Assembly: GCA_963749075.1 (NCBI GenBank)
Contig: CAVVLJ010000017.1
Span: 288,001-352,000, forward strand
Direction: 5' to 3'
DNA: 64,000 bases
Origin: an uncultured Pseudomonadota bacterium
Lineage (GTDB): Bacteria; Pseudomonadota; Alphaproteobacteria; JACZXZ01
The notes beneath the pieces are model-generated. The model saw nothing but the letters and a program-made list of their open reading frames with translations. It was not told the DNA's origin and searched no databases. Within the stretch, counting starts at the first letter, position 1; every line of letters starts with the position of its first letter. Below, one piece after another: positions 1-9,132 of this stretch. The translations under genes were made by a program, and so were the position numbers.

Positions 1-59
1 ACCCTAGTCCCCGCTCCTGGAGGGTGCAAGGCCGGCGCGCGGCCGGCGGCTAGCCAGCG

Positions 60-95
60 TTGCACGCCTGCCCGCCCAAGGGGTAGTCTCGCGCC
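60..95 (+). promoter_or_regulatory. sigma70-like promoter, probably leaderless, for the DUF433 gene
   Basis: TTGCAC(60-65)-18 bp-TAGTCT(84-89), 6 nt before ATG 96; no Shine-Dalgarno. Confidence 0.5.
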
Positions 96-308
96 ATGAA
101 ACAGCCCGTCGTCTGTCGGAATCCCGATATCATGGGGGGCACGCCCGTGTTCTGCGGCACGCGCGTGCCCGTCCAGACGCTGCTCGATCACCTGGAAGCG
201 GGCAATTCGATCGACGAATTCCTCGCAGGCTTTCCATCGGTCACGCGCGAGCAGATCATCGCATTTCTCGAAGAGGCCAAAGACCGGTTCCTTCAATCGG
301 TCATATGA
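96..308 (+). CDS. DUF433 family antitoxin
   Basis: 70 aa; NPDIMGGTPVFCGTRVPV...GNSIDEFLAGFPSVTREQI is the DUF433 pattern. Confidence 0.9.
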   Translation: MKQPVVCRNPDIMGGTPVFCGTRVPVQTLLDHLEAGNSIDEFLAGFPSVTREQIIAFLEEAKDRFLQSVI

Positions 309-316
309 AGATCCTC
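305..316 (+). pseudogene. Possible 4-codon remnant of a DUF5615/PIN toxin partner
   Basis: ATGA overlap with the DUF433 stop gives MKIL (usual partner start is MKILLDE), then similarity is lost. Confidence 0.4.
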
Positions 317-431
317 AGCGGAAGGCACGATCTTTGCTCCGCTGTTGGCAGCGTTGACGCCGAACGAGCGGACACGCCGGGCGAGTGGCAGCTATGCCGC
401 GCGCGTCCGCTCTGGCATAAGGACGGCATGC

Positions 432-591
432 CTAGTACCGGGAATCATTGATGCGCAGCTCACCCCCCTCCCTAACCCTCCCCCTCAAGGGGGGAGGGGA
501 AGTGCATGGCAAGGCAACAAACTTCCCCCTCCCCCTTGAAGGGGGAGGGTGGGGAGGGGGTGATACATGCCTCAACGATGGTGAGTACTAG
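432..591. mobile_element. MITE-like element, copy A: CTAG-bounded shell plus double-hairpin core (461-562)
   Basis: CTAG at 432-435 and 588-591; imperfect TIRs CTAGTAC-N5-ATCRTTGAKGC; core arms built on CCCTCCCCC-TCAA/TTGA-GGGGGAGGG. Confidence 0.8.
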
Positions 592-835
592 CTTCCTCCT
601 GCGCAACATACCCTGGCGCAGCCGCGCGCTCTGGCTGCGCATCGGCTATGGTGCCACCGCCCTCTGGATGGTCGCCATCCTCGTCCTCACGGGCGAGGAC
701 GTGCACGATCCGCTCTTCAGGCTTATCTTCGACGTACCGCTCGCGGGCTGGATTATCGGCGTGATCGCGGCACGCCTCATCGCTCGCCGCTGGCCCGCAG
801 AGCGGCAGCGCGACGACAGGCGCCCCCGGCCCTGA
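578..835 (+). CDS. Small two-TM membrane protein; original start probably ATG 428, interrupted by MITE A
   Basis: Two hydrophobic segments; ATG 578 lies in the MITE right end and is in frame with ATG 428. Confidence 0.6.
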   Translation: MVSTSFLLRNIPWRSRALWLRIGYGATALWMVAILVLTGEDVHDPLFRLIFDVPLAGWIIGVIAARLIARRWPAERQRDDRRPRP

Positions 836-838
836 GGC

Positions 839-1615
839 TCAGCCGCCCGCGTCCTCGAGGATCTCGCCGCCGAGCCCCGTCAAGAGGGTGCGGAGCTCGG
901 CCGCGGTGCGCCCGATCGCGGCAGCGTCCACGGCGCGGATGACGAGGCTCACGCCGAAGCGGCCCTGGCGGTAGAAGGGATAGCTGCCGATCTCGACCTC
1001 CTGGTGGGCGGCCTGCAGCGCCGCGAGCCGCTCGGCGATCTTGCCCTCGGGCAGGTTGGTCGCGACCGTGCGCGAGAGCACGACGGCGCCGCCCGTCAGG
1101 CGATGCTTGAGGCCCTGGAACATGGCCTGCATGATCGAGGGCACCCCCGCCATGACGAAGACGTTGCCGATCTGGAAGCCGGGCGCCCCGCTCACCGGGT
1201 TCTCCACCAGCACACCGCCCTCGGGCACGTTCGCCATGCGCAAGCGCGCCTCGTTGAGCTCGGCCGGGTCCTTGAAGCGGCTAGCCAAGATGCGCACCGC
1301 CTCGGGATGGCGCAGGAGCGGCACGCCGAAGGCCTTGGCCACGCACTCGGCGGTGATGTCGTCGTGGGTCGGCCCTATGCCGCCCGTGGTGAAGACGTAA
1401 TCGAACTGCGCGCGGAGCGCGTTGACCGCGGCGATGATGTGCGCCTCGATGTCGGGCACCACGCGCGCCTCCATGAGCCGCACGCCGAGCTTGTTGAGCT
1501 CAGCCGCCAGATAGGCGAGGTTGACGTCCTTGGTGCGGCCCGAGAGGATCTCGTTGCCGATGACGAGCACCGCCGCGGTGACGGTCTTGGGCGCTCGGGC
1601 GGAGGGCTCGCTCAT
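839..1615 (-). CDS. CinA-like / molybdopterin-binding (COG1058) protein
   Basis: VLVIGNEILSGRTKDVN, TTGGIGPTHDDIT, MAGVP motifs. Confidence 0.92.
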   Translation of the reverse strand: MSEPSARAPKTVTAAVLVIGNEILSGRTKDVNLAYLAAELNKLGVRLMEARVVPDIEAHIIAAVNALRAQFDYVFTTGGIGPTHDDITAECVAKAFGVPLLRHPEAVRILASRFKDPAELNEARLRMANVPEGGVLVENPVSGAPGFQIGNVFVMAGVPSIMQAMFQGLKHRLTGGAVVLSRTVATNLPEGKIAERLAALQAAHQEVEIGSYPFYRQGRFGVSLVIRAVDAAAIGRTAAELRTLLTGLGGEILEDAGG

Positions 1616-1719
1616 GGCACCTCGGATAGGGCACCCCCCGGCGGGAGCCGGGCGGAGGGTGAGGCCGGATTATCGGGCCAAGATATAGCGCATCCGAGGT
1701 GCCGCGGTCAGTTGCCGCC

Positions 1720-2484
1720 TCAAGGGGCCGAGCCGGGCATGGCCGGCGGGCGGGCCGCGATCGCGAGGTCGCCGGCGTAAGGGTGGCTCACCTTCTGCAG
1801 CAGCCAGGCGTGCTGCTCGTTGAAGGCATAGACGGGCTCGTAGCGCCCGACGACGCGCGACCACCAGATGCTGCCGTTCTGGTTGTCGAGGATGTACCAG
1901 TCGTAGCGGTCATAGACCGCAAGCACGGCATGGCCGGCATTGAGCTGGCGGTCGTGCACGACGACGATGCGCAGCACCGAGGCGGGCACGCCCATCTCGC
2001 GCAGCGAGAAGTACTTGGCGATGACGAAGTCCATGCAGTCGCCGCCGTAGCGCAGGAACTCGCGCGGCGTCTCCCAGCGCTGGGCCGGCTGCACGACCAG
2101 CGGCAGGCCGACATAGGGCGTGCCGTTGACGAAGCGATTGACGCCGTCGAGCTGCGCCACCCAGCGCACGCGCGAGAGGCGGGAGAGGAGCTGGTGCCAC
2201 GCCAGCTCGCGGCAATCCTCGGGGCGGCGTGCGGTGCAGGATGCCGGCGCCTGGGCGCGCTGTTGCGCATAGCGCGCCAGCACCGCCTTCCATTGCGCCA
2301 AGGCCGAGAGCGCCGCGAGCGGCTTCTCGCGCGCGCCGAAGATCGGCGGCAGGGCCGGCTCGCCGGCGCGCGCACCGCAGCTGGCGGCGAGCGCCGAGGC
2401 GCACGCCACGAGAACGAGAAAGGCGCTCCTCAAGCGCGCCGCGAGCGAACGGGCCGCGGCACCGGACTCGACGTGGGCAATCAT
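1720..2484 (-). CDS. Transglutaminase-like cysteine peptidase (BTLCP/C93), secreted
   Basis: Signal-like N-terminus; WETPREF..GGDCMDFVIAKY, GHAVLAV, ILDN triad pattern; start uncertain. Confidence 0.85.
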   Translation of the reverse strand: MIAHVESGAAARSLAARLRSAFLVLVACASALAASCGARAGEPALPPIFGAREKPLAALSALAQWKAVLARYAQQRAQAPASCTARRPEDCRELAWHQLLSRLSRVRWVAQLDGVNRFVNGTPYVGLPLVVQPAQRWETPREFLRYGGDCMDFVIAKYFSLREMGVPASVLRIVVVHDRQLNAGHAVLAVYDRYDWYILDNQNGSIWWSRVVGRYEPVYAFNEQHAWLLQKVSHPYAGDLAIAARPPAMPGSAP

Positions 2485-2820
2485 GTCTCGCGCGCACTCC
2501 CGTTCGCAGGCGGTCTCACATAGGCTCCAGCTTGGGCGGGATTCCTTCCCTGCGACGCCTTCTCCACGGCGAGCGTCCCGTTGCAAAGCACATACACGAA
2601 AGCGCGGCGAAAAGCATCCGCTCTTCGCATGCGCGCGCACGAATCTGCGTCATCTAACCGACATGATCGCGCGGCGGTGCTGCCAAAAAATGTCACAAGC
2701 ATGCGCGTGGCGAGAGCTTCCGATCGCTCCAAATGGATAAGGCAGGCACGCCGGCTGCGCGCGTCCAGAGCGAATCGAGTTCAAGCATCGCGCCCGGCGC
2801 GCAATCACCAGGAGCGTCCG

Positions 2821-3456
2821 ATGCCCATCCGCCTCACCCACCTCTTGGCGACGATCGCCCTGGCCGCGGCACTCTCCTCGAGCGCCGCCGCCGCGGTTGC
2901 CGCCGAGCCCGATTGCCGAGCCCTCGACGACCAGCCCTGCGCCGTGCGCAAAGAGCTCGCCGGCCTCTTGGCGGCGGCAGCACTCGCCGCGGCACTCTCT
3001 TATAGCGGCGCCGCGCAAGCATGGGCGGCGGACGCGGCGCCTTCCGGGCAGTTGCCCGAGCAAGTGGCGGCGGCGAACATGCCGCCCGAGGTGCGATCGC
3101 CGGCGGCGGCCTCCATCCAGTTCTCGGGCGGCCAGGTCGCCGCCGGCATCGGCTACAGCTGGGGCAGCGGCACGCTCGCGTTCGACGGCCGGCGATACCC
3201 CTTCCATATCGAGGGGCTTTCCATCGCCAACGTCGGCGCCAGCACCGTCTCGGCGGCGGGCCAAGTCTATCACCTCCGCAGCATCCGCGACTTCCCCGGC
3301 ACCTACGCGGCGGTGAGCGCCGGCGCCACGGTGGGCGGCGGCGAGAGCGTCACTTACCTGCGCAACGAGCACGGTGTCGTCATCGAGCTCATCGCCACCT
3401 CGGCGGGCCTCGACTTCCAGCTCTCCGGCAATGGGGTCAAGATCAGCCTCGACTAG
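2821..3456 (+). CDS. Secreted DUF1134/EipA-like protein with duplicated signal sequence
   Basis: AGGAG RBS; AAGIGYSWGSGTL..YPF...FPGTYAAVSAGAT...LRNEHGVVI. Confidence 0.75.
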   Translation: MPIRLTHLLATIALAAALSSSAAAAVAAEPDCRALDDQPCAVRKELAGLLAAAALAAALSYSGAAQAWAADAAPSGQLPEQVAAANMPPEVRSPAAASIQFSGGQVAAGIGYSWGSGTLAFDGRRYPFHIEGLSIANVGASTVSAAGQVYHLRSIRDFPGTYAAVSAGATVGGGESVTYLRNEHGVVIELIATSAGLDFQLSGNGVKISLD

Positions 3457-3483
3457 CCCGGGCAGCCCGGAAGGGTCGCGCTC

Positions 3484-3517
3484 TTGACGACATTCCATAG
3501 AGGGAATAAATAGGAGC
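3484..3517 (+). promoter_or_regulatory. TA promoter with operator palindrome
   Basis: TTGACG-17 bp-TAAATA, 5 nt to GTG; ATTCC-N6-GGAAT inverted repeat (3492-3507). Confidence 0.5.
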
Positions 3518-3877
3518 GTGGCCTGGGAGGTCGAATATTCCGACCAGTTCGGCGGTTGGTGGACGGAACTGGACGAGGCGCAGCAGGATCGGATTGCGGC
3601 GGCGGTCAAGCTCCTGGCCGCGCAAGGTCCGGCCCTCCCCTTTCCCTATTCGTCGGGTATCAACGGGTCGAGGCACGCCCATATGCGGGAGTTGAGGGTG
3701 CAGAGCGGCGGCCATCCCCTGCGCATTTTCTATGCCTTCGATCCGCGCCGAACTGCCATCCTGCTTATCGGCGGCGAGAAGACAGGCAAGGATCGGTTTT
3801 ACGAGGAATACATGCCACTAGCGGACGACCTGTACGACGCGTATCTACAGGAACTCAAGGCGGAGGGTTTGATATGA
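3518..3877 (+). CDS. higB: RelE/HigB-family toxin
   Basis: GPALPFPYSSGINGSRHAHMRELRVQ..LRIFYAFDPRRTAILLIGG. Confidence 0.9.
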   Translation: MAWEVEYSDQFGGWWTELDEAQQDRIAAAVKLLAAQGPALPFPYSSGINGSRHAHMRELRVQSGGHPLRIFYAFDPRRTAILLIGGEKTGKDRFYEEYMPLADDLYDAYLQELKAEGLI

Positions 3878-4206
3878 CGGGCCGACACAAGTTTTCCGAG
3901 CTGGTGGCCAAGATGCCGCCGGAGCGGCGTGCGCGCGTTGACCGGATGGCCGGGGAAATGCGCGAGGAAATGGACCTGACGCAGCTGCGGACGGCGCGCC
4001 AGCTTTCGCAGGCGGCCTTGGGTGAGATCCTGCATGTCGAGCAGCCCGCCGTCGCCAAGATCGAGAAGCGCACGGACATGTATGTGAGCACGCTGCGCCG
4101 CTTCATCGAAGCGATGGGCGGCGAGCTGGAGATCACCGCGCGTTTCCCCGATCACAATGTGCGCATCAAGAACTTCCGCGATCTTGGGGAGCGTGAGCCG
4201 GCGTGA
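3874..4206 (+). CDS. higA: XRE-family HTH antitoxin (HigA-like)
   Basis: ATGA overlap; LTQLRTARQLSQAALGEILHVEQPAVAKIEKRTDMYVSTLRRFIEAMGGEL. Confidence 0.9.
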   Translation: MTGRHKFSELVAKMPPERRARVDRMAGEMREEMDLTQLRTARQLSQAALGEILHVEQPAVAKIEKRTDMYVSTLRRFIEAMGGELEITARFPDHNVRIKNFRDLGEREPA

Positions 4207-4477
4207 CGGAAAATTTGCGCTGCCGCACAAAGCACCCGCAAATAAGCGGACGTATTCTCCAGGCACCCCCAAACAGGTTCTGCTGCGCTATGACTGATTG
4301 ACGAAGCTTAAATATTTAAATCCGCCGCTGATGCGACCGGCCGTTTCGGCGGGCTCCCAGATTTCGCGGCCCACATGGCCGCCTCACGCTTTCGGTAGGG
4401 CCGCCATCTCCGCGCCGGAGCGGCGCCGAAGAGCGGCTCCCGGTTGAAAGGCTCGCGCCCTGCCACTAAGGTCCGCC

Positions 4478-5229
4478 ATGCGCTTCCGCGAGCCCCTCCT
4501 CCCCGCCCGGCTGATCCGGCGCTACAAGCGCTTCCTCGCCGACGTTCGAGCTCGCGGACGGCACCGTCGCGACCGTGCATTGCCCCAATCCGGGCGGCAT
4601 GATCGGCCTCGACGCAGCCGGCTCGGAGGTCTGGCTCTCGCGCGCTGCCAATCCGGCGCGCAAGCTTCCCCTCACCTTCGAGCTGGTGCGCACCGCGGGC
4701 GGGCTCGTCGGCATCAACACCAGCCTCCCGAACGGGCTCGTCGAGGAGGCGCTCTCGGCAGGCAGGCTTCCCGAGCTTGCCGGCTACGCTGGCCATGCGC
4801 CGGGAGGTGCGCTACGGCGAGAGCTCGCGCATCGACCTCCTCCTCGAGGGGCCCGGGCGACCCCCTTGCTACGTCGAGGTCAAGAACGTACATCTGAAGC
4901 GCGACCCGCGTCCGGCGGGCGGGCCGGCCGAGTTTCCCGACGCCGTCACCGCGCGCGGCACCAAGCACTTGAGGGAGCTCGCCAACGAGGCGGCGGGCGG
5001 CGCCCGGGCGGTCATGGTCTATGTCGTGCAGCGGGAGGACTGCGACAGCTTCCGCATCGCCGCCGACATCGATCCGGCCTACGAGAGGGCGCTTCACGAG
5101 GCGATGGCGCGCGGCGTCGAGGCGTTGTGTTATGCTTGCCAAATGACGACCGAGGCCATTCTATTGACGAGGCCGCTCCCGCTCGAGCTCGACCGGGGGA
5201 CGGCGGGAAAAATGGGCAGCTTGAGATGA
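4478..5229 (+). CDS. sfsA: SfsA DNA/RNA nuclease, split by two +1 frameshifts (~4545, ~4790)
   Basis: [12 protein letters not shown] / HCPNPGGM / [30 protein letters not shown] in three successive frames. Confidence 0.85.
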
Positions 5230-6053
5230 CGAGCCAGATGGAGCGCAGCGCCTGGGCCAACCGTGAGGACACCCGGATCAAGATCCACGGGCCCGATCAC
5301 TTCGAGGGCATGCGGCTCGCCGGGCGCCTCGCGGCCGAGACCCTCGACTTCATCACACCCCACGTCAAGGCGGGCGTCTCGACGGCCGAGCTCGACCGCC
5401 TGTGCCACGATTTCATCGTGAGCCACGGCGCCGTGCCGGCGCCGCTCAACTACCGCGGCTTCCCGCGCTCGATCTGCACCTCGGTCAACCACGTCGTCTG
5501 CCACGGCATCCCCTCCGAGGACAAGGTGCTGGCCGAGGGCGACATCATCAACATCGACGTGACCACCATCCTCGACGGCTGGCACGGCGACACCAGCCGC
5601 ATGTTCGAGGTGGGCGAGGTCAAGCTCAAGGCGCACCGGCTCATCGAGACGACCTACGAGGCCATGATGCTCGGCATCGCGGCGGTGCGCCCGGGGGCGA
5701 CCACGGGCGACATCGGCCATGCCATCCAGAGCTTCGCCGAGGCGCTGCGCTATTCGGTGGTGCGCGATTTCTGCGGCCACGGGCTCGGCCGCATCTTCCA
5801 CGACGCGCCGAGCATCCTCCACTTCGGCGAGCCCGGCGAGGGCATCGTGCTGCGCGAGGGCATGTTCTTCACGGTCGAGCCCATGATCAACGCCGGCAAG
5901 CTCGCCGTGAAGATCCTCGGCGACGGCTGGACCGCGGTCACCAAGGACCGCTCGCTGTCGGCCCAGTTCGAGCACTCGGTGGGTGTCACGCCCGGTGGCT
6001 GCGAGATCTTCACGCTCTCGCCCAAGGGCTGGCACAAGCCGCCCTACGTCTGA
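5226..6053 (+). CDS. map: Type I methionine aminopeptidase
   Basis: [48 protein letters not shown]. Confidence 0.97.
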   Translation: MTSQMERSAWANREDTRIKIHGPDHFEGMRLAGRLAAETLDFITPHVKAGVSTAELDRLCHDFIVSHGAVPAPLNYRGFPRSICTSVNHVVCHGIPSEDKVLAEGDIINIDVTTILDGWHGDTSRMFEVGEVKLKAHRLIETTYEAMMLGIAAVRPGATTGDIGHAIQSFAEALRYSVVRDFCGHGLGRIFHDAPSILHFGEPGEGIVLREGMFFTVEPMINAGKLAVKILGDGWTAVTKDRSLSAQFEHSVGVTPGGCEIFTLSPKGWHKPPYV

Positions 6054-6063
6054 GCCGGGCTCC

Positions 6064-6765
6064 ATGAAGGAGACCCCGAGCAAGCCCGAGCCGCCCCATT
6101 ACCTGGGCCACCGCCGGCGCTTGAGGGAGCGCTTCCAGCTCGCAGGCGCCGACGCGCTGCCGGACTACGAGCTGCTCGAGCTCCTGCTCTATCTCGCGAT
6201 GCCGCGCGGCGACGTGAAGCCGCTCGCCAAGGCGCTCCTCGCGCACTTCGACAACAGCCTCACAAGCGTGCTCGGCGCCGACCCTAAGGAGCTCGCCGAG
6301 GTCGCCGGCGTGGGCGAGGCCACCATCCACATGCTGAAGCTCGTCCAGGCGGCGGGCGTGCGGCTCGGGCGCGAGGAGGTCATGGCGCGGCCGGTGATCG
6401 GCAACTGGCGCCAGCTCCTCGCCTATTGCCGCGCCGCCATGGCGCACCACAAGGTCGAGCAGTTCCGCGTCCTCTACCTCGACCGCAAGAACGGCGTCAT
6501 CAAGGACGAGGTGCACCAGACCGGCACCGTCGACCACACGCCGGTCTATCCGCGCGAGGTGGTGAAGAGGGCGCTCGAGCTCAGCGCCTCCTCGATCCTC
6601 ATGGTGCACAACCACCCCTCGGGCGACCCGACGCCGTCCCGCGCCGACATCGAGATGACCCGCGAGGTGCGCGAGGCGGCCGAGAAGCTCGGCATCACGC
6701 TGCACGACCACGTGGTCATCTCCAAGAGCGGCCACAACAGCTTCAAGGCGATGGGGCTGCTGTAG
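6064..6765 (+). CDS. radC: RadC family JAB-domain protein
   Basis: GHRRRLRERF, GTVDHTPVYPREVV, HNHPSGDPTPSRADI. Confidence 0.95.
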   Translation: MKETPSKPEPPHYLGHRRRLRERFQLAGADALPDYELLELLLYLAMPRGDVKPLAKALLAHFDNSLTSVLGADPKELAEVAGVGEATIHMLKLVQAAGVRLGREEVMARPVIGNWRQLLAYCRAAMAHHKVEQFRVLYLDRKNGVIKDEVHQTGTVDHTPVYPREVVKRALELSASSILMVHNHPSGDPTPSRADIEMTREVREAAEKLGITLHDHVVISKSGHNSFKAMGLL

Positions 6766-6775
6766 GAAGCACGCC

Positions 6776-7183
6776 TCACGCGCGCTTGGTCGTCGCCTCT
6801 TTTGCGACGGCGGCCAGCGCCTCGGTCATGGCGCCGAGCACCCGTTCCATTCCGGCATCGGCGCCATGGCGTTTGGCGAGCCATGTGGGATCGTTATAGG
6901 CGAGCCAGGTCTTCCCCGCCTCGTCCTGCCAGACCAGGGCCTTGAGCGGCAGGTCGATGCCCGTCGTCTGCGTTGCCTGCATGAGCGGCGTGCCCGCCTT
7001 CGGGTTGCCGAAGATCAGCACTTCGGTCGGCCGCAGCTCCATGCCGGCCTTGGCCGCCGCGGCGGCGTGGTCGATGCGCGCGAGGACGGCCATGCCACGG
7101 CTCGCGACCGCGGCCTCGAGCCGGTCCATCGTCTCCTTGGGCCCGTAACCGCTCGAGGCGACCGTCAGTCCCGCCGGCGTCAT
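6776..7183 (-). CDS. DUF302 domain protein
   Basis: ARIDHAAAA..ELRPTEVLIFGNPKAGTPLMQ..GIDLPLKALVW; ATGA overlap with upstream gene. Confidence 0.9.
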   Translation of the reverse strand: MTPAGLTVASSGYGPKETMDRLEAAVASRGMAVLARIDHAAAAAKAGMELRPTEVLIFGNPKAGTPLMQATQTTGIDLPLKALVWQDEAGKTWLAYNDPTWLAKRHGADAGMERVLGAMTEALAAVAKEATTKRA

Positions 7184-7542
7184 GCGCGCCTGCCTTTCGC
7201 GCTCTCGTCCGCCGGCTCGACAGACCATCGCGCCTCGACCTCGTCCATCTTCCGAGCGAGCTCCTCGGGCGTGAGGACGCCCTTGCGGAAGAGGATGTTG
7301 GCGAATGCCACGATCCAGCGCTCGTAATAAGTCAGCTTGCCGACCATCTCGGCCCCAAGCGCCTCGACGCCGCAGCGCTTTTCCTCGGTGTTGATGATCT
7401 TGTGGAAGTCGAGCACGTCGGCGAGCGCGTGGCAGCGCTTCTCCCAGGGCTCGAGCTCGTGATCGACGCGCTGGACGGGCTCGGCGGAGAGGCCGCCGAT
7501 GTCGTTCGGCAAGCGTTTCACAAGGTTCTCGGTCTGGGTCAT
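7180..7542 (-). CDS. scnB: Thiocyanate hydrolase beta-like subunit (NHase beta N-terminal homolog)
   Basis: DIGGL..PWEKR..EEKRCGVEALG...YYERWIVA..LFRKGVLTPEEL. Confidence 0.75.
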   Translation of the reverse strand: MTQTENLVKRLPNDIGGLSAEPVQRVDHELEPWEKRCHALADVLDFHKIINTEEKRCGVEALGAEMVGKLTYYERWIVAFANILFRKGVLTPEELARKMDEVEARWSVEPADESAKGRRA

Positions 7543-8198
7543 GGGGCGGTCCTCCCTCTGTCGACGGTGGCCGGGACGACGCCGATCATCGCGTCACGCG
7601 TGACGAGCGCTGCCAGCTGCTCCTCGCCATAATCCTCAGTCCCCTCCGGCCGCTTCGGCAGCACGAGGTAACGCACCATCGCGGTCGAATCGCTGACGCG
7701 GATCTCGACGTCGTCGGGAATGACGGTGCCGAATTCGGCCAGCACCGCCCGCGGCTCCGAGACCGCGCGCGCCCGGTAGGGCTTGAGCTTGTACCAGTCC
7801 GGCGGCAGCCCCAAGACCGGCCTCGGGTAGCAGGAGCAGAGCGTGCAGACGATGAGGTTGTGAACCTTGTCGGTGTTCTCGAGCACGATGAGCTGGGTGT
7901 CGTCGTAGAAGCTGATGCCGAGCTCCTCGCAGGCCGCGCGCCCGTCGGCGAGGAGGCGCGCGCGGAACGCGGGATCGACCCAGGCGCGCGCCGCGACCTT
8001 GGCGCCGAGCGCCGGCGTGCGCGAGTCCAGAACCTCGATCTGCCGGCGAATCTCGTCCGCGCCGATCAGCCGTCTCTCGACGAGGAGCTCGCGCACGGCC
8101 GTCTCCATGATGTCGTAATAGCCGGGACGCCCGGAGCGGCCGACCTCGGCATGCGGGTGGTCATGCCCGTGGCCGTGACCTTGATCCTGCTGGTTCAT
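7539..8198 (-). CDS. scnC: Thiocyanate hydrolase gamma / Co-type nitrile hydratase alpha subunit
   Basis: IVCTLCSCYPRP metal motif; ARAWVDPAFRARLL; His-rich N-terminus. Confidence 0.85.
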   Translation of the reverse strand: MNQQDQGHGHGHDHPHAEVGRSGRPGYYDIMETAVRELLVERRLIGADEIRRQIEVLDSRTPALGAKVAARAWVDPAFRARLLADGRAACEELGISFYDDTQLIVLENTDKVHNLIVCTLCSCYPRPVLGLPPDWYKLKPYRARAVSEPRAVLAEFGTVIPDDVEIRVSDSTAMVRYLVLPKRPEGTEDYGEEQLAALVTRDAMIGVVPATVDRGRTAP

Positions 8199-8201
8199 CT
8201 T

Positions 8202-8579
8202 TCACATCCTCTCGAGCCAGGTCTCGAAGACTTCGATGCGCAAGCCGTCCCGCGGCGAGCCCACGTAGTCCGGCCAGATCTCCGTCATCGCAATGGCGAT
8301 GCGGTAATAGTGGAGCCTCGATCCCGCGTTGCGGCCGTAACCTTCCTCCTCATTGTCGACGGCGGCCGGCTCGATCACGGCCTCGACCGAGCCGGTCTTG
8401 CCGCGCAGATAGATCGGCACGCGGTAATGGCCGATCGGAGAGCGGCTCAAGATTCGAATGCGGTCGCCGGGTTGGAAGACCGGCTCCTCGCCGAGGGCTG
8501 ATACGGGGCCGGGTATGGGCCCCGCGGCGTTCCGAGTTCTGTCGCGCATCGATCGGCTCCCTTTGCGCGTCGGCATCAT
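8202..8579 (-). CDS. scnA: Thiocyanate hydrolase alpha-like subunit (NHase beta C-terminal SH3-like domain)
   Basis: FQPGDRIRI..GHYRVPIYLRGKTG...EIWPDY...IEVFETWLE; start 8579 or 8549. Confidence 0.78.
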   Translation of the reverse strand: MMPTRKGSRSMRDRTRNAAGPIPGPVSALGEEPVFQPGDRIRILSRSPIGHYRVPIYLRGKTGSVEAVIEPAAVDNEEEGYGRNAGSRLHYYRIAIAMTEIWPDYVGSPRDGLRIEVFETWLERM

Positions 8580-9034
8580 GCCTTAATCGCCTCTACAACC
8601 TCCTCGCAGGCGACGGCGAGCTCCCGTCCGAGATCGGCGAGCGCTCGGCTGCCGTAGCGCGCGAAGGCGGCAGCCGGATCGATCCAGCGCACCGCCACGG
8701 CGCCGCCCGGCAGCTCGAGGACCGCGAACTTCAGCGGCGCCTCGAGCAGCGCAGCAGGATCGGCGGCGAGCACGCGCGCCATGAGGCGCGGGTGAAAGAA
8801 CAGGATCTGCCGGCCGGCGCCGATGGCGTAGCCTCCCCGCCGCAGCAACATCTGCGGATCGATCTCGTGCAGGACCCACAAGTCGGCTGCCTCGATCGCC
8901 TTCCGCAGCCGCGCGACCACATCCGCGACGGGGAGCCTCGAGACGCGGGAGCGCTGGAACGAGGCGGCCGCTTCGCCGAACTCGGCGTAGGCGACCGGGG
9001 TGGTGGCTTCTGGCTTGTTCATCGTCGACCTCAT
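8576..9034 (-). CDS. Second, divergent DUF302-like protein
   Basis: WVLHEIDPQ..QILFFHPRLM..ALLEAPLKFAVLE..VRWIDP. Confidence 0.7.
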   Translation of the reverse strand: MRSTMNKPEATTPVAYAEFGEAAASFQRSRVSRLPVADVVARLRKAIEAADLWVLHEIDPQMLLRRGGYAIGAGRQILFFHPRLMARVLAADPAALLEAPLKFAVLELPGGAVAVRWIDPAAAFARYGSRALADLGRELAVACEEVVEAIKA

Positions 9035-9132
9035 CGCTTGCCGGCTGCATTACAGGCGGGCAGCGTTGCCCTACGCTTACCAGGACGGCGCAAACGCCTA
9101 GCAGCCCGGATCAATCCTCCGCCCGGCGCGCG

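Noticed and set aside
4207-4477. AT-rich patch and hairpins between higA and sfsA as an sRNA
   Set aside because: No recognisable family, terminator or convincing promoter pair.
4478-5229. Programmed frameshifting or pseudogenisation of sfsA and the other split genes
   Set aside because: No slippery sites; the scattered single-base pattern fits sequencing error better.
6064-6765. radC as a mobile-element or anti-defence marker
   Set aside because: Full-length form in the usual sfsA-map-radC chromosomal context with host-like codon usage.
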